This document shows, piece by piece, positions 17,365 to 26,999 of a stretch of DNA of 64,000 bases. The stretch is from contig CAYJEQ010000005.1 in the NCBI GenBank assembly GCA_964369235.1, positions 2,464-66,463 of the forward strand, in the 5' to 3' direction. Position 1 is the first letter of the stretch. Each line of letters begins with the position of its first letter. Position numbers and translations under genes: made by a program. The DNA comes from an uncultured Oscillospiraceae bacterium. GTDB lineage: Bacteria; Bacillota; Clostridia; Oscillospirales; Ruminococcaceae. Below the pieces are notes generated by a model that saw only the letters and a list, made by a program, of their open reading frames with translations, did no database searches and was not told the DNA's origin.

Positions 17365-18891
17365 TTATCTAATTTCTAGGATTTCTGCTAGGTTGTGGTA
17401 GATATCTGTGTTATCATAAGTACCACCGAACATCTCAGCACCTACACCCTGTGCATAAGTACCTACTGTTGTTGCTGTATGAGAATAAGAGCTAAAATCA
17501 ACACCTGCTTTATTATTTAGAACATGAGTAATAGTTACTGTTAGAGGATCATATCCGCCGTAGATAATACCTGATTCCTGCTCACCTACTGTAGCACCAT
17601 GTACGGACACATTGTATGCATCTCTGATTTTTTCTAGCTCATAATCAGTTAGTTTAAAGTCACTTGTATCTGTTGGGTTAGTTGTAAGTCCAAAGTAGCT
17701 TTCAATATCTTTTAGCACTGTTTCAAAAGGGGTTTTGTTAGCGATGTAGCCTTCTACATAATCAGCTTCAAAAGCTTCGTAGGAACCCTGCTGATAACCA
17801 ATCATATTAAGGAATGTATCGTATTTTGTACCAGCATAACCGATGGATAGTCCACCTGTTTCATGGTCACCAGTTACAACTATTAGTGTTTCATCTGGGT
17901 GCTTCTCATAAAACTCATAAGCTTCCTGTATAGCCTTATCAAATGCTAGTGTATCAGAGATAGAGGATCTTGCATCATTCGCATGGCAAGCCCAGTCGAT
18001 TTTACCAGCTTCTACCATCATAAAGAAACCTTCATCATTGTCTAGCACTTCGATACCTTTTTCTACATAGTCAGCTAATGCCCACATATTATCTTCACGG
18101 TCACTTTCGTATGGAAGTGCACCGCCATTTGTGTCCTCACCTACAATAATTACCTTACCTGTGTTTTCATCTACCTTCTCAGCTGCTGCCTGATCTTCAA
18201 GAATTACTGTATAGCCTGCTTCTTCTGCTAGGCTGTAGATATTTTCCTGATCGCCTGTTTTGCCTTCTGGCTGATTAATAGCACCACCAGCAAAATAATC
18301 AAAGTCAGATTCCACTAGTTCTAATGCAATGTCATAGTAGTTATTTCTTGATTCGTTATGGGCATAGTAAGCTGCTGGTGTAGCATGGTTAATTGTTACG
18401 CTGGATACAATGCCGATTTTATAATCTTTTTGCTCTTTTAACTGTTCTGCAATTGTTTCGTATTTCTGGGTAAAGGTTTCATTCATATTAATTGTGCCAC
18501 TGTATGTTTTCTCACCTGTTGCTAGGGAAGTTGCTGTGGAAGCTGAGTCTGGTGCAAAAGATGTAGAGTCATAGGTAGAAGTAATACCAGCTACATCAAA
18601 ATCCATAAAGCTCAGTCTTTCCTTACTTACTAGAATATCTGAGCCCTCTGGCTGATTAAGTGTGTCTATATAGTAGTTAGCCAGCTGTGTTTGTGAGTGG
18701 CTCATACCATCTCCTACAAACATAAATACATATTTAGGCATATCTCCATCATAACTCCCCACCACTCTTGTGGAAGCTTCTGCTGTTTCTACTGGAGTAG
18801 TAATTGCTGATACTGCGTTTACTCCTATTGCTGCTACCATTGCTAAAGTAATTCCTTTAATTAATAAGCTTTTTTTCATTTTAGTGACCAT
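17365..18891 (-). CDS. Secreted alkaline phosphatase (PhoA family)
   Basis: 508 aa. It has a signal peptide (MKKSLLIKGITLAMVAAIGVNAVSA), a VGDGMS metal site, a DSASTATSLATG nucleophile-Ser motif, and GDHETGG. Confidence 0.85.
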   Translation of the reverse strand: MVTKMKKSLLIKGITLAMVAAIGVNAVSAITTPVETAEASTRVVGSYDGDMPKYVFMFVGDGMSHSQTQLANYYIDTLNQPEGSDILVSKERLSFMDFDVAGITSTYDSTSFAPDSASTATSLATGEKTYSGTINMNETFTQKYETIAEQLKEQKDYKIGIVSSVTINHATPAAYYAHNESRNNYYDIALELVESDFDYFAGGAINQPEGKTGDQENIYSLAEEAGYTVILEDQAAAEKVDENTGKVIIVGEDTNGGALPYESDREDNMWALADYVEKGIEVLDNDEGFFMMVEAGKIDWACHANDARSSISDTLAFDKAIQEAYEFYEKHPDETLIVVTGDHETGGLSIGYAGTKYDTFLNMIGYQQGSYEAFEADYVEGYIANKTPFETVLKDIESYFGLTTNPTDTSDFKLTDYELEKIRDAYNVSVHGATVGEQESGIIYGGYDPLTVTITHVLNNKAGVDFSSYSHTATTVGTYAQGVGAEMFGGTYDNTDIYHNLAEILEIR

Positions 18892-19093
18892 CCTTATTTT
18901 TTATATTTTCTCTGTCCATAGTTATATTAATACACTATTAACATATTGCAAACAAATCAAAGTAAAATCACCGTTAAATAAAATCCACTTTTGTAAGATA
19001 ATATAGCTTACCTGACAAAATCCCCCTTACAATGTTAACAAAGTAAATTATCTGTATATTTTCTTGTTAAGGTAAAGATTTTGGTAATTATAT

Positions 19094-19176
19094 GGCTCTA
19101 TATTAATTGTTGGGGTAAAATTCAGTTGGGGTACCGTCCATCGGCGAGGGACGGTACCCCAACATTTGATATTGAA
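19094..19176 (-). repeat. Copy B of the palindromic intergenic element (inverted orientation)
   Basis: Sequence: ggctctatattaattgttggggtaaaattcaGTTGGGGTACCGTCC-atcggcgag-GGACGGTACCCCAACatttgatattgaac. Confidence 0.85.
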
Positions 19177-19220
19177 CCTTCCTTTTTTTATCGCCTACTC
19201 CTACTATTGACAAAGAGCCG

Positions 19221-19256
19221 CAAAAAAAGACAGCAACCAATATAGTTACTGTCTTT
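19221..19256 (-). terminator. Intrinsic terminator after hydA
   Basis: Minus strand reads aagacagtaac-tatattg-gttgctgtctTTTTTTTG. It lies about 60 nt after the hydA stop. Confidence 0.7.
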
Positions 19257-19315
19257 TATAATGATTATCTAATACATCTATTTGATGCTACTAGAAATGT
19301 TTTACTAGTTATCTA

Positions 19316-21073
19316 CTAAAACTTACTTCTAGCTTTATACTTAGTATGTAGTATTTCATGAGCTTTATGTCCACCAAATTCGTCATTAAAGAACTCTGTG
19401 TAGATTTTCTTTAGAACTGGGTTTTCATGGCTCTTTCTCAGTGTATCCTTAGCATCATCAGCATATAGTGCTGCTGCTCTCTGGCTTCTTAGATCAACGA
19501 AGTTTCTAACTGTAGCACTCTGTACTGGCTGTCCACCACCGTTAATACAACCACCTGGGCAACCCATAATTTCGATAAAGTCATACTCAACTTCACCTGC
19601 TTTAATTCTATCAAGAAGAGTCTGAGCATTTCTTAGGCCAGATGCAACTGCAACTCTAACCTTAGTGCCTTTAAGGTCGTAGGTAGCTTCTTTAATACCT
19701 TCCATACCACGAACTTCCATAAAGTCAAGGCTTGTAGCTGGTAGCTCTTCCCCTGTTACCCACTCAGCAGCAGTTCTTAGAGCAGCTTCCATAACACCAC
19801 CGGTAGCACCGAAGATTGTAGCAGCACCTGTGGAAACACCTAGTGGTGCATCAAATGTGCTATCTGGAAGATGTCTAAAGTAGATACCAGCTCTGCTAAT
19901 CATACGAGCAAGCTCTCTTGTTGTTAGAGCAATATCAACATCGGAGATTCCTTCTCCAGCTGCACACTCATGGTCACGCTTAGTTTCAAACTTCTTAGCT
20001 GTACAAGGCATAATACCTACAACTACAATATCCTTAGGATCTAGGTTGTTTTCCTTAGCATACCATGTTTTAGCTAGAGCACCAAACATCTGCTGTGGTG
20101 ATTTACAAGTAGATAGATTTGGAATCATCTCTGGGTAGTAATGCTCACAGAATTTTACCCAACCTGGAGAACAGGAGGTAATCATTGGCAGTGTGCCACC
20201 CTTAGTAAATCTTTCGATAAACTCGTTAGCTTCCTCTACAATTGTAAAGTCAGCAGCAAGGTCGGTATCATATACACCATCAAAGCCCAGTAGACGCAGT
20301 GCGGTTACCATCTTACCCTCTACATTAGAACCAATGGACATACCAAAAGCTTCCCCTAGAGTTACACGAATAGATGGAGCCGTCTGTACAATAACATGCT
20401 TTGTTGGATCATTAATAGCTGCCCACACATCTTCTGTATGGTCTTTTTCTGTAATAGCACCTGTTGGACATACTACGATACACTGTCCACAGGATACACA
20501 CGCTACCTCACCTAAGTCCATGTCAAAGGCACAACCTATATGAGTATTAAATCCTCTGTCATTGACGCCGATTACAGATACTGACTGCCACTTCTTACAC
20601 GCAGCTACACATCTACGACATAGGATACATTTATTATTATCACGAACCATATGAATTGCTGAGTCATCAAAGTCATATCTAACATTCTCACCAGCAAATC
20701 TATCTTCGTCCTCAACATTAAAGTCCTGACAAAGTTTCTGTAACTCACAGTTGTTAGCTCTTAGACAGGATAGACATTTCTTGTCATGAGTGGATAGTAT
20801 TAGCTCTAGGTTGTTTCTTCTAGAATCAAATACCCTTGTGCTGTTTGTCAGTATTTCCATACCTTCTGATACTGGATGCACACAGGAAGCTACTAGGTTT
20901 TTTGCACCCTTAACTTCTACTACACAGATACGACAAGCACCGATTTCGTTAATCTCTCTTAGGTAACACAGTGTAGGAATCTCAATACTATTCTCCCTAC
21001 ATGCTTCAAGTATTGTGGAGCCAGGTGTAACTTTTGCATCTACACCATTTATTTTAATATTAATTAGTTCCAT
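19316..21073 (-). CDS. hydA: [FeFe]-hydrogenase catalytic subunit (HydA/HndD type)
   Basis: 585 aa. It has an N-terminal plant-type 2Fe-2S site (CYLREINEIGACRIC) and accessory 4Fe-4S motifs. The H-cluster motifs are TSCSPGW (L1), MPCTAKKFE (L2) and EIMGCPGGCINGGG (L3). Confidence 0.92.
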   Translation of the reverse strand: MELINIKINGVDAKVTPGSTILEACRENSIEIPTLCYLREINEIGACRICVVEVKGAKNLVASCVHPVSEGMEILTNSTRVFDSRRNNLELILSTHDKKCLSCLRANNCELQKLCQDFNVEDEDRFAGENVRYDFDDSAIHMVRDNNKCILCRRCVAACKKWQSVSVIGVNDRGFNTHIGCAFDMDLGEVACVSCGQCIVVCPTGAITEKDHTEDVWAAINDPTKHVIVQTAPSIRVTLGEAFGMSIGSNVEGKMVTALRLLGFDGVYDTDLAADFTIVEEANEFIERFTKGGTLPMITSCSPGWVKFCEHYYPEMIPNLSTCKSPQQMFGALAKTWYAKENNLDPKDIVVVGIMPCTAKKFETKRDHECAAGEGISDVDIALTTRELARMISRAGIYFRHLPDSTFDAPLGVSTGAATIFGATGGVMEAALRTAAEWVTGEELPATSLDFMEVRGMEGIKEATYDLKGTKVRVAVASGLRNAQTLLDRIKAGEVEYDFIEIMGCPGGCINGGGQPVQSATVRNFVDLRSQRAAALYADDAKDTLRKSHENPVLKKIYTEFFNDEFGGHKAHEILHTKYKARSKF

Positions 21074-21089
21074 AGTTTCACCTATCCCC

Positions 21090-22880
21090 CTACTTCTTGA
21101 TTATTGCATTAAAACGGCATTTGTCAATACAAGCACCACATTTAACACATTTCTCGGTATCAATTACATGAGCTGTTTTTACAGAGCCTGTAATAGCATC
21201 TGCTGGACAAACCTTAGCACATAGTGTACAACCCTTACAAGCTTCTGGTATTACTACAAAGCTTAGTAGATCCTTACACACACCAGATGGACATCTTTTC
21301 TCTAGGATATGTGCTTCGTACTCATCTCTAAAGAATTTCAGTGTACTTAGTACTGGGTTTGGTGCTGTCTGTCCAAGACCACATAGGGAGTTTTCCTTAA
21401 TATGATGGCAAAGTTTTTCCATCTTATCAATATCAGCCATTGTAGCCTCGCCCTTAGAAATCTTTTCTAGCATTTCGTATAGTCTTTTTGTACCGATACG
21501 ACATGGCACACATTTACCACAGCTCTCGTCTACTGTAAACTCTAGGAAGAATTTAGCGATGTCAACCATACAGTTGTCTTCATCCATTACGATTAGACCA
21601 CCAGATCCCATCATGGATCCGATTTCTACTAGGTTGTCAAAGTCAATCTCGATGTCTAGGTACTGAGGAGGGATACATCCACCAGATGGACCACCTGTCT
21701 GAGCAGCTTTAAACTTCTTGCCATCAGGGATACCACCACCGATTTCTTCAATAACTTCTCTTAGGGTTGTACCCATTGGAATTTCAACTAGACCAGTATT
21801 GTTAATCTTACCACCTAGTGCGAATACCTTAGTACCCTTAGAACGCTCGGTACCCATTGCGCTAAACCACTGAGATCCATTTAGGATGATCTGTGGGATA
21901 TTTGCGTATGTTTCAACATTGTTAAGGATTGTTGGCTTGCCAAACAGCCCCTTAACTGCTGGGAATGGAGGTCTTGGACGAGGCTCACCACGATTACCTT
22001 CAATAGAGGTCATCAGTGCTGTTTCCTCACCACATACGAATGCACCAGCACCCAGTCTAATATGTAGGTCAAAACTAAAGTCACTACCAAAGATATTCTT
22101 ACCTAGTAGACCCATCTCTCTAGCCTGATCAATAGCAATCTGTAGTCTATCTACTGCAATAGGATACTCAGCTCTTACATAAACAAAACCTTCATCAGAT
22201 CCGATTGCATAAGCTGCAATAGCCATTGCTTCAATTAGTACATGTGGATCACCCTCTAGGATGGATCTGTCCATAAATGCACCTGGATCCCCCTCATCGG
22301 CATTACAACACACATACTTCTTCTCAGAAGGTGTTCCCTTAGCAAAGCTCCACTTTAGACCAGTGGAGAAACCACCGCCCCCACGTCCACGAAGACCGGA
22401 GTCTTTAACACAAGAGATAACTTCCTCTGGTGTCATCTCTGTTAGCACTTTACCAAGAGCCTGATAACCATCATAAGCAATATATTCGTTAATATCTTCT
22501 GGATCGATTACACCACAGTTTTTAAGGGCAATTCTAAGCTGCTTCTTATAAAATCCTGTGTTATCCAGTGAGGTAACTGTATCTTCTTTAACTGTTTCTT
22601 TGTATAGAAGTCTTTTTACAATTCTACCCTTTAGTAGGTGTTCTTCTACAATCTCTGGAATATCATTAATATTAACCATAGAATAGAATGCACCCTCTGG
22701 ATAGATAATCATAATAGGGCCTAATGCACATAAACCAAAACATCCTGTTTTGATAACTTTAATTTCTTTTGCTATGCCAGCTTTTTCAATGTTATTTTCT
22801 AAAGCCTCTATAATACGCTCGCTGCCTGAGGAAGTACATCCAGTACCACCACAAACAAGTACATGGGAACGATACATCAC
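21090..22880 (-). CDS. hydB: NuoF-like NAD(P)H-binding flavoprotein subunit of the hydrogenase (HydB/HndC)
   Basis: 596 aa. It has an N-terminal thioredoxin-like 2Fe-2S domain, a GLRGRGGGGFSTGLKW FMN site, and C-terminal 2x[4Fe-4S] motifs (CKGCTLCAKVCP, CVKCGACIDKC). Confidence 0.92.
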   Translation of the reverse strand: MMYRSHVLVCGGTGCTSSGSERIIEALENNIEKAGIAKEIKVIKTGCFGLCALGPIMIIYPEGAFYSMVNINDIPEIVEEHLLKGRIVKRLLYKETVKEDTVTSLDNTGFYKKQLRIALKNCGVIDPEDINEYIAYDGYQALGKVLTEMTPEEVISCVKDSGLRGRGGGGFSTGLKWSFAKGTPSEKKYVCCNADEGDPGAFMDRSILEGDPHVLIEAMAIAAYAIGSDEGFVYVRAEYPIAVDRLQIAIDQAREMGLLGKNIFGSDFSFDLHIRLGAGAFVCGEETALMTSIEGNRGEPRPRPPFPAVKGLFGKPTILNNVETYANIPQIILNGSQWFSAMGTERSKGTKVFALGGKINNTGLVEIPMGTTLREVIEEIGGGIPDGKKFKAAQTGGPSGGCIPPQYLDIEIDFDNLVEIGSMMGSGGLIVMDEDNCMVDIAKFFLEFTVDESCGKCVPCRIGTKRLYEMLEKISKGEATMADIDKMEKLCHHIKENSLCGLGQTAPNPVLSTLKFFRDEYEAHILEKRCPSGVCKDLLSFVVIPEACKGCTLCAKVCPADAITGSVKTAHVIDTEKCVKCGACIDKCRFNAIIKK

Positions 22881-22891
22881 ATTACCTCCTA

Positions 22892-23263
22892 TTATTCAGC
22901 AATATTTCCGATTGTATACTCGGAAACAGGGCTGCCGTTTATTATATGCTCTCTAACAATCTTCTCTACCATTTCAGGTGTAACCTTAACATAGGTCACC
23001 TTCTCTTTGCCACCTTCATGGATTTCTACTACTGGCTCAAACTGGCAGATACCTATGCATCCTGTTTGCGCAACTGTAACATTTGAAACCCCACGCTTAG
23101 CAACTTCCTCGGTAAACTGTGTTAGCACCGGTCTAGCACCTGCTGCAATACCACAGGTAGCCATACCTACTACTATTCTAATATTATCATCATCATCGTG
23201 TCTAACGCCAATCTTATTCTGCATCTGGTCACGAAGTGCTTTTAGTTCTTCTAGGCTTTTCAT
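22892..23263 (-). CDS. Thioredoxin-like [2Fe-2S] ferredoxin (HndB-like)
   Basis: 123 aa with Cys pairs in MATCGIAAGA and TGCIGICQFEP. It lies between the ATPase and hydB. Confidence 0.75.
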   Translation of the reverse strand: MKSLEELKALRDQMQNKIGVRHDDDDNIRIVVGMATCGIAAGARPVLTQFTEEVAKRGVSNVTVAQTGCIGICQFEPVVEIHEGGKEKVTYVKVTPEMVEKIVREHIINGSPVSEYTIGNIAE

Positions 23264-23290
23264 AATCGAAATCTCCCTCTCTAAAATAGC

Positions 23291-23863
23291 TTATATAGAT
23301 TTAATTAGTGTTTGTGTGTTTTCATTAATATACTCTTTAATAAATAGTGATACTTCAGGCAGTGATAGTGGAATATCTCCTAGAATTTCTCTAAGCTCTA
23401 CTGTGCTTACCATAAATTCTCTACCATTATATATATACCTGTAAGCTACCTCTGCACCTTCTTCATTACCTGCTAGTATACAATATGTTGCCGCTATATC
23501 CCCCATAGGCATTAAATTAATATGTCCTAAGGTAAACTTAGCCTCAACCTTTGTACCTACATCTTTGGTAGAAATAATGGAAAAACTGCCATCACATAGC
23601 TCCGCAGCCATCTTAAAAAAAGGCACTCCAAAACCTACTTTTCTCGTTGTTCTAGTGGTAAAGAAAGGATTTACTACAGACTCTAGCTGTTTTTCGTCCA
23701 TGCCACATCCGTCATCTTCTATAGTCACCATCAATGTATTTGTGTGGGTGTTTTCATCAATAGTTATAGTTAGAAGTTTAGCCTCTGCTCTAAGAGAATT
23801 ATTAGCAAGATCTAGTATATGTAGAGATAGTTCACTTAGCATATGTATAACCATGCCTTTCAC
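23291..23863 (-). CDS. Stand-alone GHKL (histidine-kinase-like) ATPase domain protein inside the hydrogenase operon
   Basis: 190 aa. It has an N-box (HILDLANNSLRA), a G1 box (DDGCGM) and a G2-like box (GFGVPF). No DHp/His-phosphoacceptor or sensor domain is present. It uses a GTG start with an AGGGA RBS. Confidence 0.7.
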   Translation of the reverse strand: MKGMVIHMLSELSLHILDLANNSLRAEAKLLTITIDENTHTNTLMVTIEDDGCGMDEKQLESVVNPFFTTRTTRKVGFGVPFFKMAAELCDGSFSIISTKDVGTKVEAKFTLGHINLMPMGDIAATYCILAGNEEGAEVAYRYIYNGREFMVSTVELREILGDIPLSLPEVSLFIKEYINENTQTLIKSI

Positions 23864-23901
23864 TTATATCCCTTGGGATATATTGTATTGGTAAGAATAT
23901 A

Positions 23902-24399
23902 TTACACCATGTATTTTTCAACAATTGAGTCAACTTCTTCTACTAATAGTCTGCCGTAAACATCTTCATTAACTGTAATTACTGGTGCTAGACCACAAGC
24001 GCCGATACATCTACAAGCTTCCAGTGAAAATTTACCGTCGTCGGTACATTCGCCACCTGCAATACCAAGCTTTTGGCTAAGTCTATCAAAGACATCACCT
24101 GCGCCTTTAACATAGCAAGCTGTTCCAAGACAGACAGAAATTTTATAATCACCTTTCGGATTTAGGGAGAACTGGGAGTAAAATGTTACTACACCATATA
24201 CCTCAGCTAAGGGAATATCAAGTTCTGTAGATATTATGCGTTGTACCTCTAAAGGAAGGTATCCATATATTTCTTGTGCTTCCTGTAGCACTGGCATTAG
24301 AGCACCTTGCTCGTCCTTGTTTAGGCTAATTACTTCTAGAAGTTTTTCTTCTTGCTCTTTAGTACCCTTAAAAGGGATTTTGGTTTTTTTATTAACCAC
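23902..24399 (-). CDS. hydC: NuoE-like [2Fe-2S] subunit of the hydrogenase (HydC/HndA)
   Basis: 165 aa with the Cys pattern CLGTACYVKG...CRCIGACGLAP, typical of NuoE/HydC. It is the first gene of the operon. Confidence 0.88.
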   Translation of the reverse strand: MVNKKTKIPFKGTKEQEEKLLEVISLNKDEQGALMPVLQEAQEIYGYLPLEVQRIISTELDIPLAEVYGVVTFYSQFSLNPKGDYKISVCLGTACYVKGAGDVFDRLSQKLGIAGGECTDDGKFSLEACRCIGACGLAPVITVNEDVYGRLLVEEVDSIVEKYMV

Positions 24400-24782
24400 T
24401 TGTTCTGCCTCCTTAATGGATTTTACATAGCTAAGTCAATGTCTTATACCAAATCATTACTGATTTGATTATTAATTTTCATGATATTTCACCTTGCTAA
24501 TTCTGATAATATAGTAAAATATCCGATACTAAAACTTAAAGACATATAGCTACTATAATTTGCTCCTTAAAATTGCTAAGATATAGGGCTGTCAAAATAA
24601 CCCTTAAAACATTATACTCAATCGTTAAATTAAAGTCAATACGATTTAAAAAGTGAATTATTTTTTTCACTTCTGCACAAAAAATAAGCACAAATTTTAG
24701 CACTAATATTTTAACAACTTGCCAAATTAATTTGCATTTAGATAAATAGATATAAATTCGTTAAATAATAAATTAAATATGG

Positions 24783-24811
24783 TTGTTTTGACAAATTACT
24801 CGTGCTATAAT
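24783..24811 (+). promoter_or_regulatory. Putative sigma-A promoter with extended -10 for the sensory operon
   Basis: TTGTTT, then 17 nt, then TGcTATAAT (-10 at 24806-24811). It lies 55 nt upstream of the ATG at 24867. Confidence 0.4.
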
Positions 24812-24866
24812 GTAACAAAGGTTATATACTATAAAGTTATTTACACTATATAAGGAGTAAAATTAT

Positions 24867-25214
24867 ATGACAATTAATAGGATTAAAGAACTACTAGAAG
24901 CTACTGTTATCTGTGGCGATGACAATCTAGACCAAGAGGTACTTACCGCTTGTGGAAGCGATATGATGAGTGATGTATTAGCCTATGTAAAAGAACAGTC
25001 CATTTTGCTTACAGGACTTGTGAATTCACAGGTTATACGCACTGCAGAGATGATGGATTTTAGCTGTGTAATTTTTGTCCGTGGGAAAAAGCCTGATCAG
25101 GATATGATTGATCTTGCCAATGACCGAGGAATTATACTTATGTCCTCGCCTAAAAGAATGTTTGTTGCCTGTGGGATTCTTTATCAAAATGGATTAAAAG
25201 GAGAGCTGGAATAA
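24867..25214 (+). CDS. DRTGG-domain protein
   Basis: 115 aa, small single-domain protein (…SILLTGLVNSQVIRTAEMMDFSCVIFVRGKKP…GIILM). It has an AAGGAG RBS. The family assignment is from memory. Confidence 0.55.
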   Translation: MTINRIKELLEATVICGDDNLDQEVLTACGSDMMSDVLAYVKEQSILLTGLVNSQVIRTAEMMDFSCVIFVRGKKPDQDMIDLANDRGIILMSSPKRMFVACGILYQNGLKGELE

Positions 25215-25633
25215 TGTCATTACTATCCTTGGTTTTTACTGTAGATGGTGATGATTTTAGCCGAGCTGGAACCGCATCTAGCAGTACCAAAGCACAACTA
25301 AAAAAACTAGGACTGCCCTCTGATATTATCAGAAGGGTAGCTATTGCTATGTATGAAGGCGAGATAAACATGGTAATACACGCAAATGGTGGTACTGCCT
25401 CAGTGGAGGTAAAGGAAGACTCTATTATAATAACGCTAAATGATGTAGGTCCAGGTATCCCTGATATTCCTAAAGCTATGGAAGAAGGATTTTCCACTGC
25501 CACTGATACTGTACGCAGTTTAGGTTTTGGGGCTGGTATGGGGCTACCTAATATGAAAAAATACACCGATAGTATTGACATCACCAGTGAAGTAGGTGTT
25601 GGTACTAATGTAATTATGCTTATTAATATTTAA
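25214..25633 (+). CDS. Anti-sigma-factor-like GHKL ATPase / serine kinase
   Basis: 139 aa. It has an N-box-like EGEINMVIHA, a G1 box DVGPGIPD and a G2 box GFGAGMGLPN, resembling SpoIIAB/RsbW-type proteins. Its start overlaps the previous stop (TAATG). Confidence 0.65.
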   Translation: MSLLSLVFTVDGDDFSRAGTASSSTKAQLKKLGLPSDIIRRVAIAMYEGEINMVIHANGGTASVEVKEDSIIITLNDVGPGIPDIPKAMEEGFSTATDTVRSLGFGAGMGLPNMKKYTDSIDITSEVGVGTNVIMLINI

Positions 25634-25655
25634 AAACTAATATAAGGAGAGGCCA

Positions 25656-26999
25656 ATGGAAGGATATTTTCATTCAGTTGGACTGGTGGAAGAGTTGTGC
25701 CGTGGATGTACTAACTGTGTCCGTCGATGTCCTACAGAAGCTATAAGAGTTCGTAACGGCAAAGCCCTTATTATAAAAGATAGGTGTATAGATTGTGGCG
25801 AGTGTATACGCATCTGTCCCCATAGTGCTAAACAAGCCGTTGTAAGCAAGTTAGATTCCCTAGATAGCTTTAAATATAAAATCGCACTGCCTGCCCCTAG
25901 CCTATATGCCCAGTTTAATAATCTTGGATCACCTAATATAGTCCTATCAGCCCTAAAAAAATTTGGCTTTGATATGGTTTATGAGGTATCCCAAGCAGCA
26001 GAGATAATCACCCAAAGCACCAAGATGATTTTAAAAGAGAACACTGCAAAAAAGCCAATTTTAAGCTCAGCCTGTCCAGCAGTATTACGACTGATTTCTG
26101 TTAGATTCCCTGAGCTTATCGATAATATATTACCTCTTAAAGCCCCCGTGGCACTGGCTGCTATAAATGCTAGAGAGATTGCTAAAAAAACTACAGGGCT
26201 TTCCGATAATGAAATAGGCGTAGCCTTTATTACTCCATGTCCTGCTAAGGTTACCGAAATTAAATCCCCATTGCTAGATAATCAAATACTAATTGATGAG
26301 GTTATGAGCATCTCAGACATCTATCCCAAACTACTGTCCTTAATGGATACTGCTGATATGCACTCCCATCTATCAGCCTCTGGCAGTGTTGGTGTAGGTT
26401 GGGCAAGTAGTGGTGGAGAATGTTATGGCTTAGACACAGACAGCTATCTTGCAGCCGATGGGATCGAGAATGTTATTGGGGTGCTAGAAGGGCTAGAAGA
26501 CGAGAAAATGCGAAATCTTAATTTTGTAGAGTTAAATGCCTGTCCTGGTGGTTGCGTAGGTGGAGTATTAACTATAGAAAATCCATTTATAGCTAGAACA
26601 AAGCTGGTAAACCTCAGAAAAAAACTGCCATATAATAAGAACTATATAGATGACACCCTGCCTGTGGCAGCTAAGGCAGATATGAGCATTCAGTACAGTC
26701 CAGCTATGCGACTTGATGAGAATTTCGTAGAGGCTTCTAAGAAGCTTAAAAGGCTCAGAGAGATAGAAGCTGGATTATATGGGCTAGACTGTGGCTCCTG
26801 TGGAGCACCAAGTTGTAGATGTTTAGCCGAGGATATAGTAAGAGGATATGCCACTGAGGAATACTGTGTATACAAAATGGCAGAGCTTGCCTCAGACTCT
26901 GATAATCCTATTAATCCCCTACCAATAGCCTTTAGAACTAAGGAACCTCGAACTATACCCCCTATTAGAAAGTCAGGAGAGAGAAAAGATGATTGGTAA
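25656..26999 (+). CDS. Sensory-type [FeFe]-hydrogenase homologue (HydS-like, no PAS domain)
   Basis: 447 aa. It has N-terminal 2x[4Fe-4S] motifs (CRGCTNCVRRCP, CIDCGECIRICP). The H-domain motifs are SSACPAV (L1, with the relay Cys replaced by Ala), TPCPAKVTE (L2) and ELNACPGGCVGG (L3). There is an extra C-terminal Cys cluster, CGSCGAPSCRC...C. Confidence 0.8.
   Translation: MEGYFHSVGLVEELCRGCTNCVRRCPTEAIRVRNGKALIIKDRCIDCGECIRICPHSAKQAVVSKLDSLDSFKYKIALPAPSLYAQFNNLGSPNIVLSALKKFGFDMVYEVSQAAEIITQSTKMILKENTAKKPILSSACPAVLRLISVRFPELIDNILPLKAPVALAAINAREIAKKTTGLSDNEIGVAFITPCPAKVTEIKSPLLDNQILIDEVMSISDIYPKLLSLMDTADMHSHLSASGSVGVGWASSGGECYGLDTDSYLAADGIENVIGVLEGLEDEKMRNLNFVELNACPGGCVGGVLTIENPFIARTKLVNLRKKLPYNKNYIDDTLPVAAKADMSIQYSPAMRLDENFVEASKKLKRLREIEAGLYGLDCGSCGAPSCRCLAEDIVRGYATEEYCVYKMAELASDSDNPINPLPIAFRTKEPRTIPPIRKSGERKDDW

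Noticed and set aside
24653-24670. A Rex-like inverted repeat, GTGAA-N8-TTCAC, in the hydC / sensory-operon divergent promoter region.
   Set aside because: Rex operators as I remember them have a 4-nt centre between the GTGAA and TTCAC half-sites. Here the spacer is 8 nt and is mostly a T-run, so this is probably chance.
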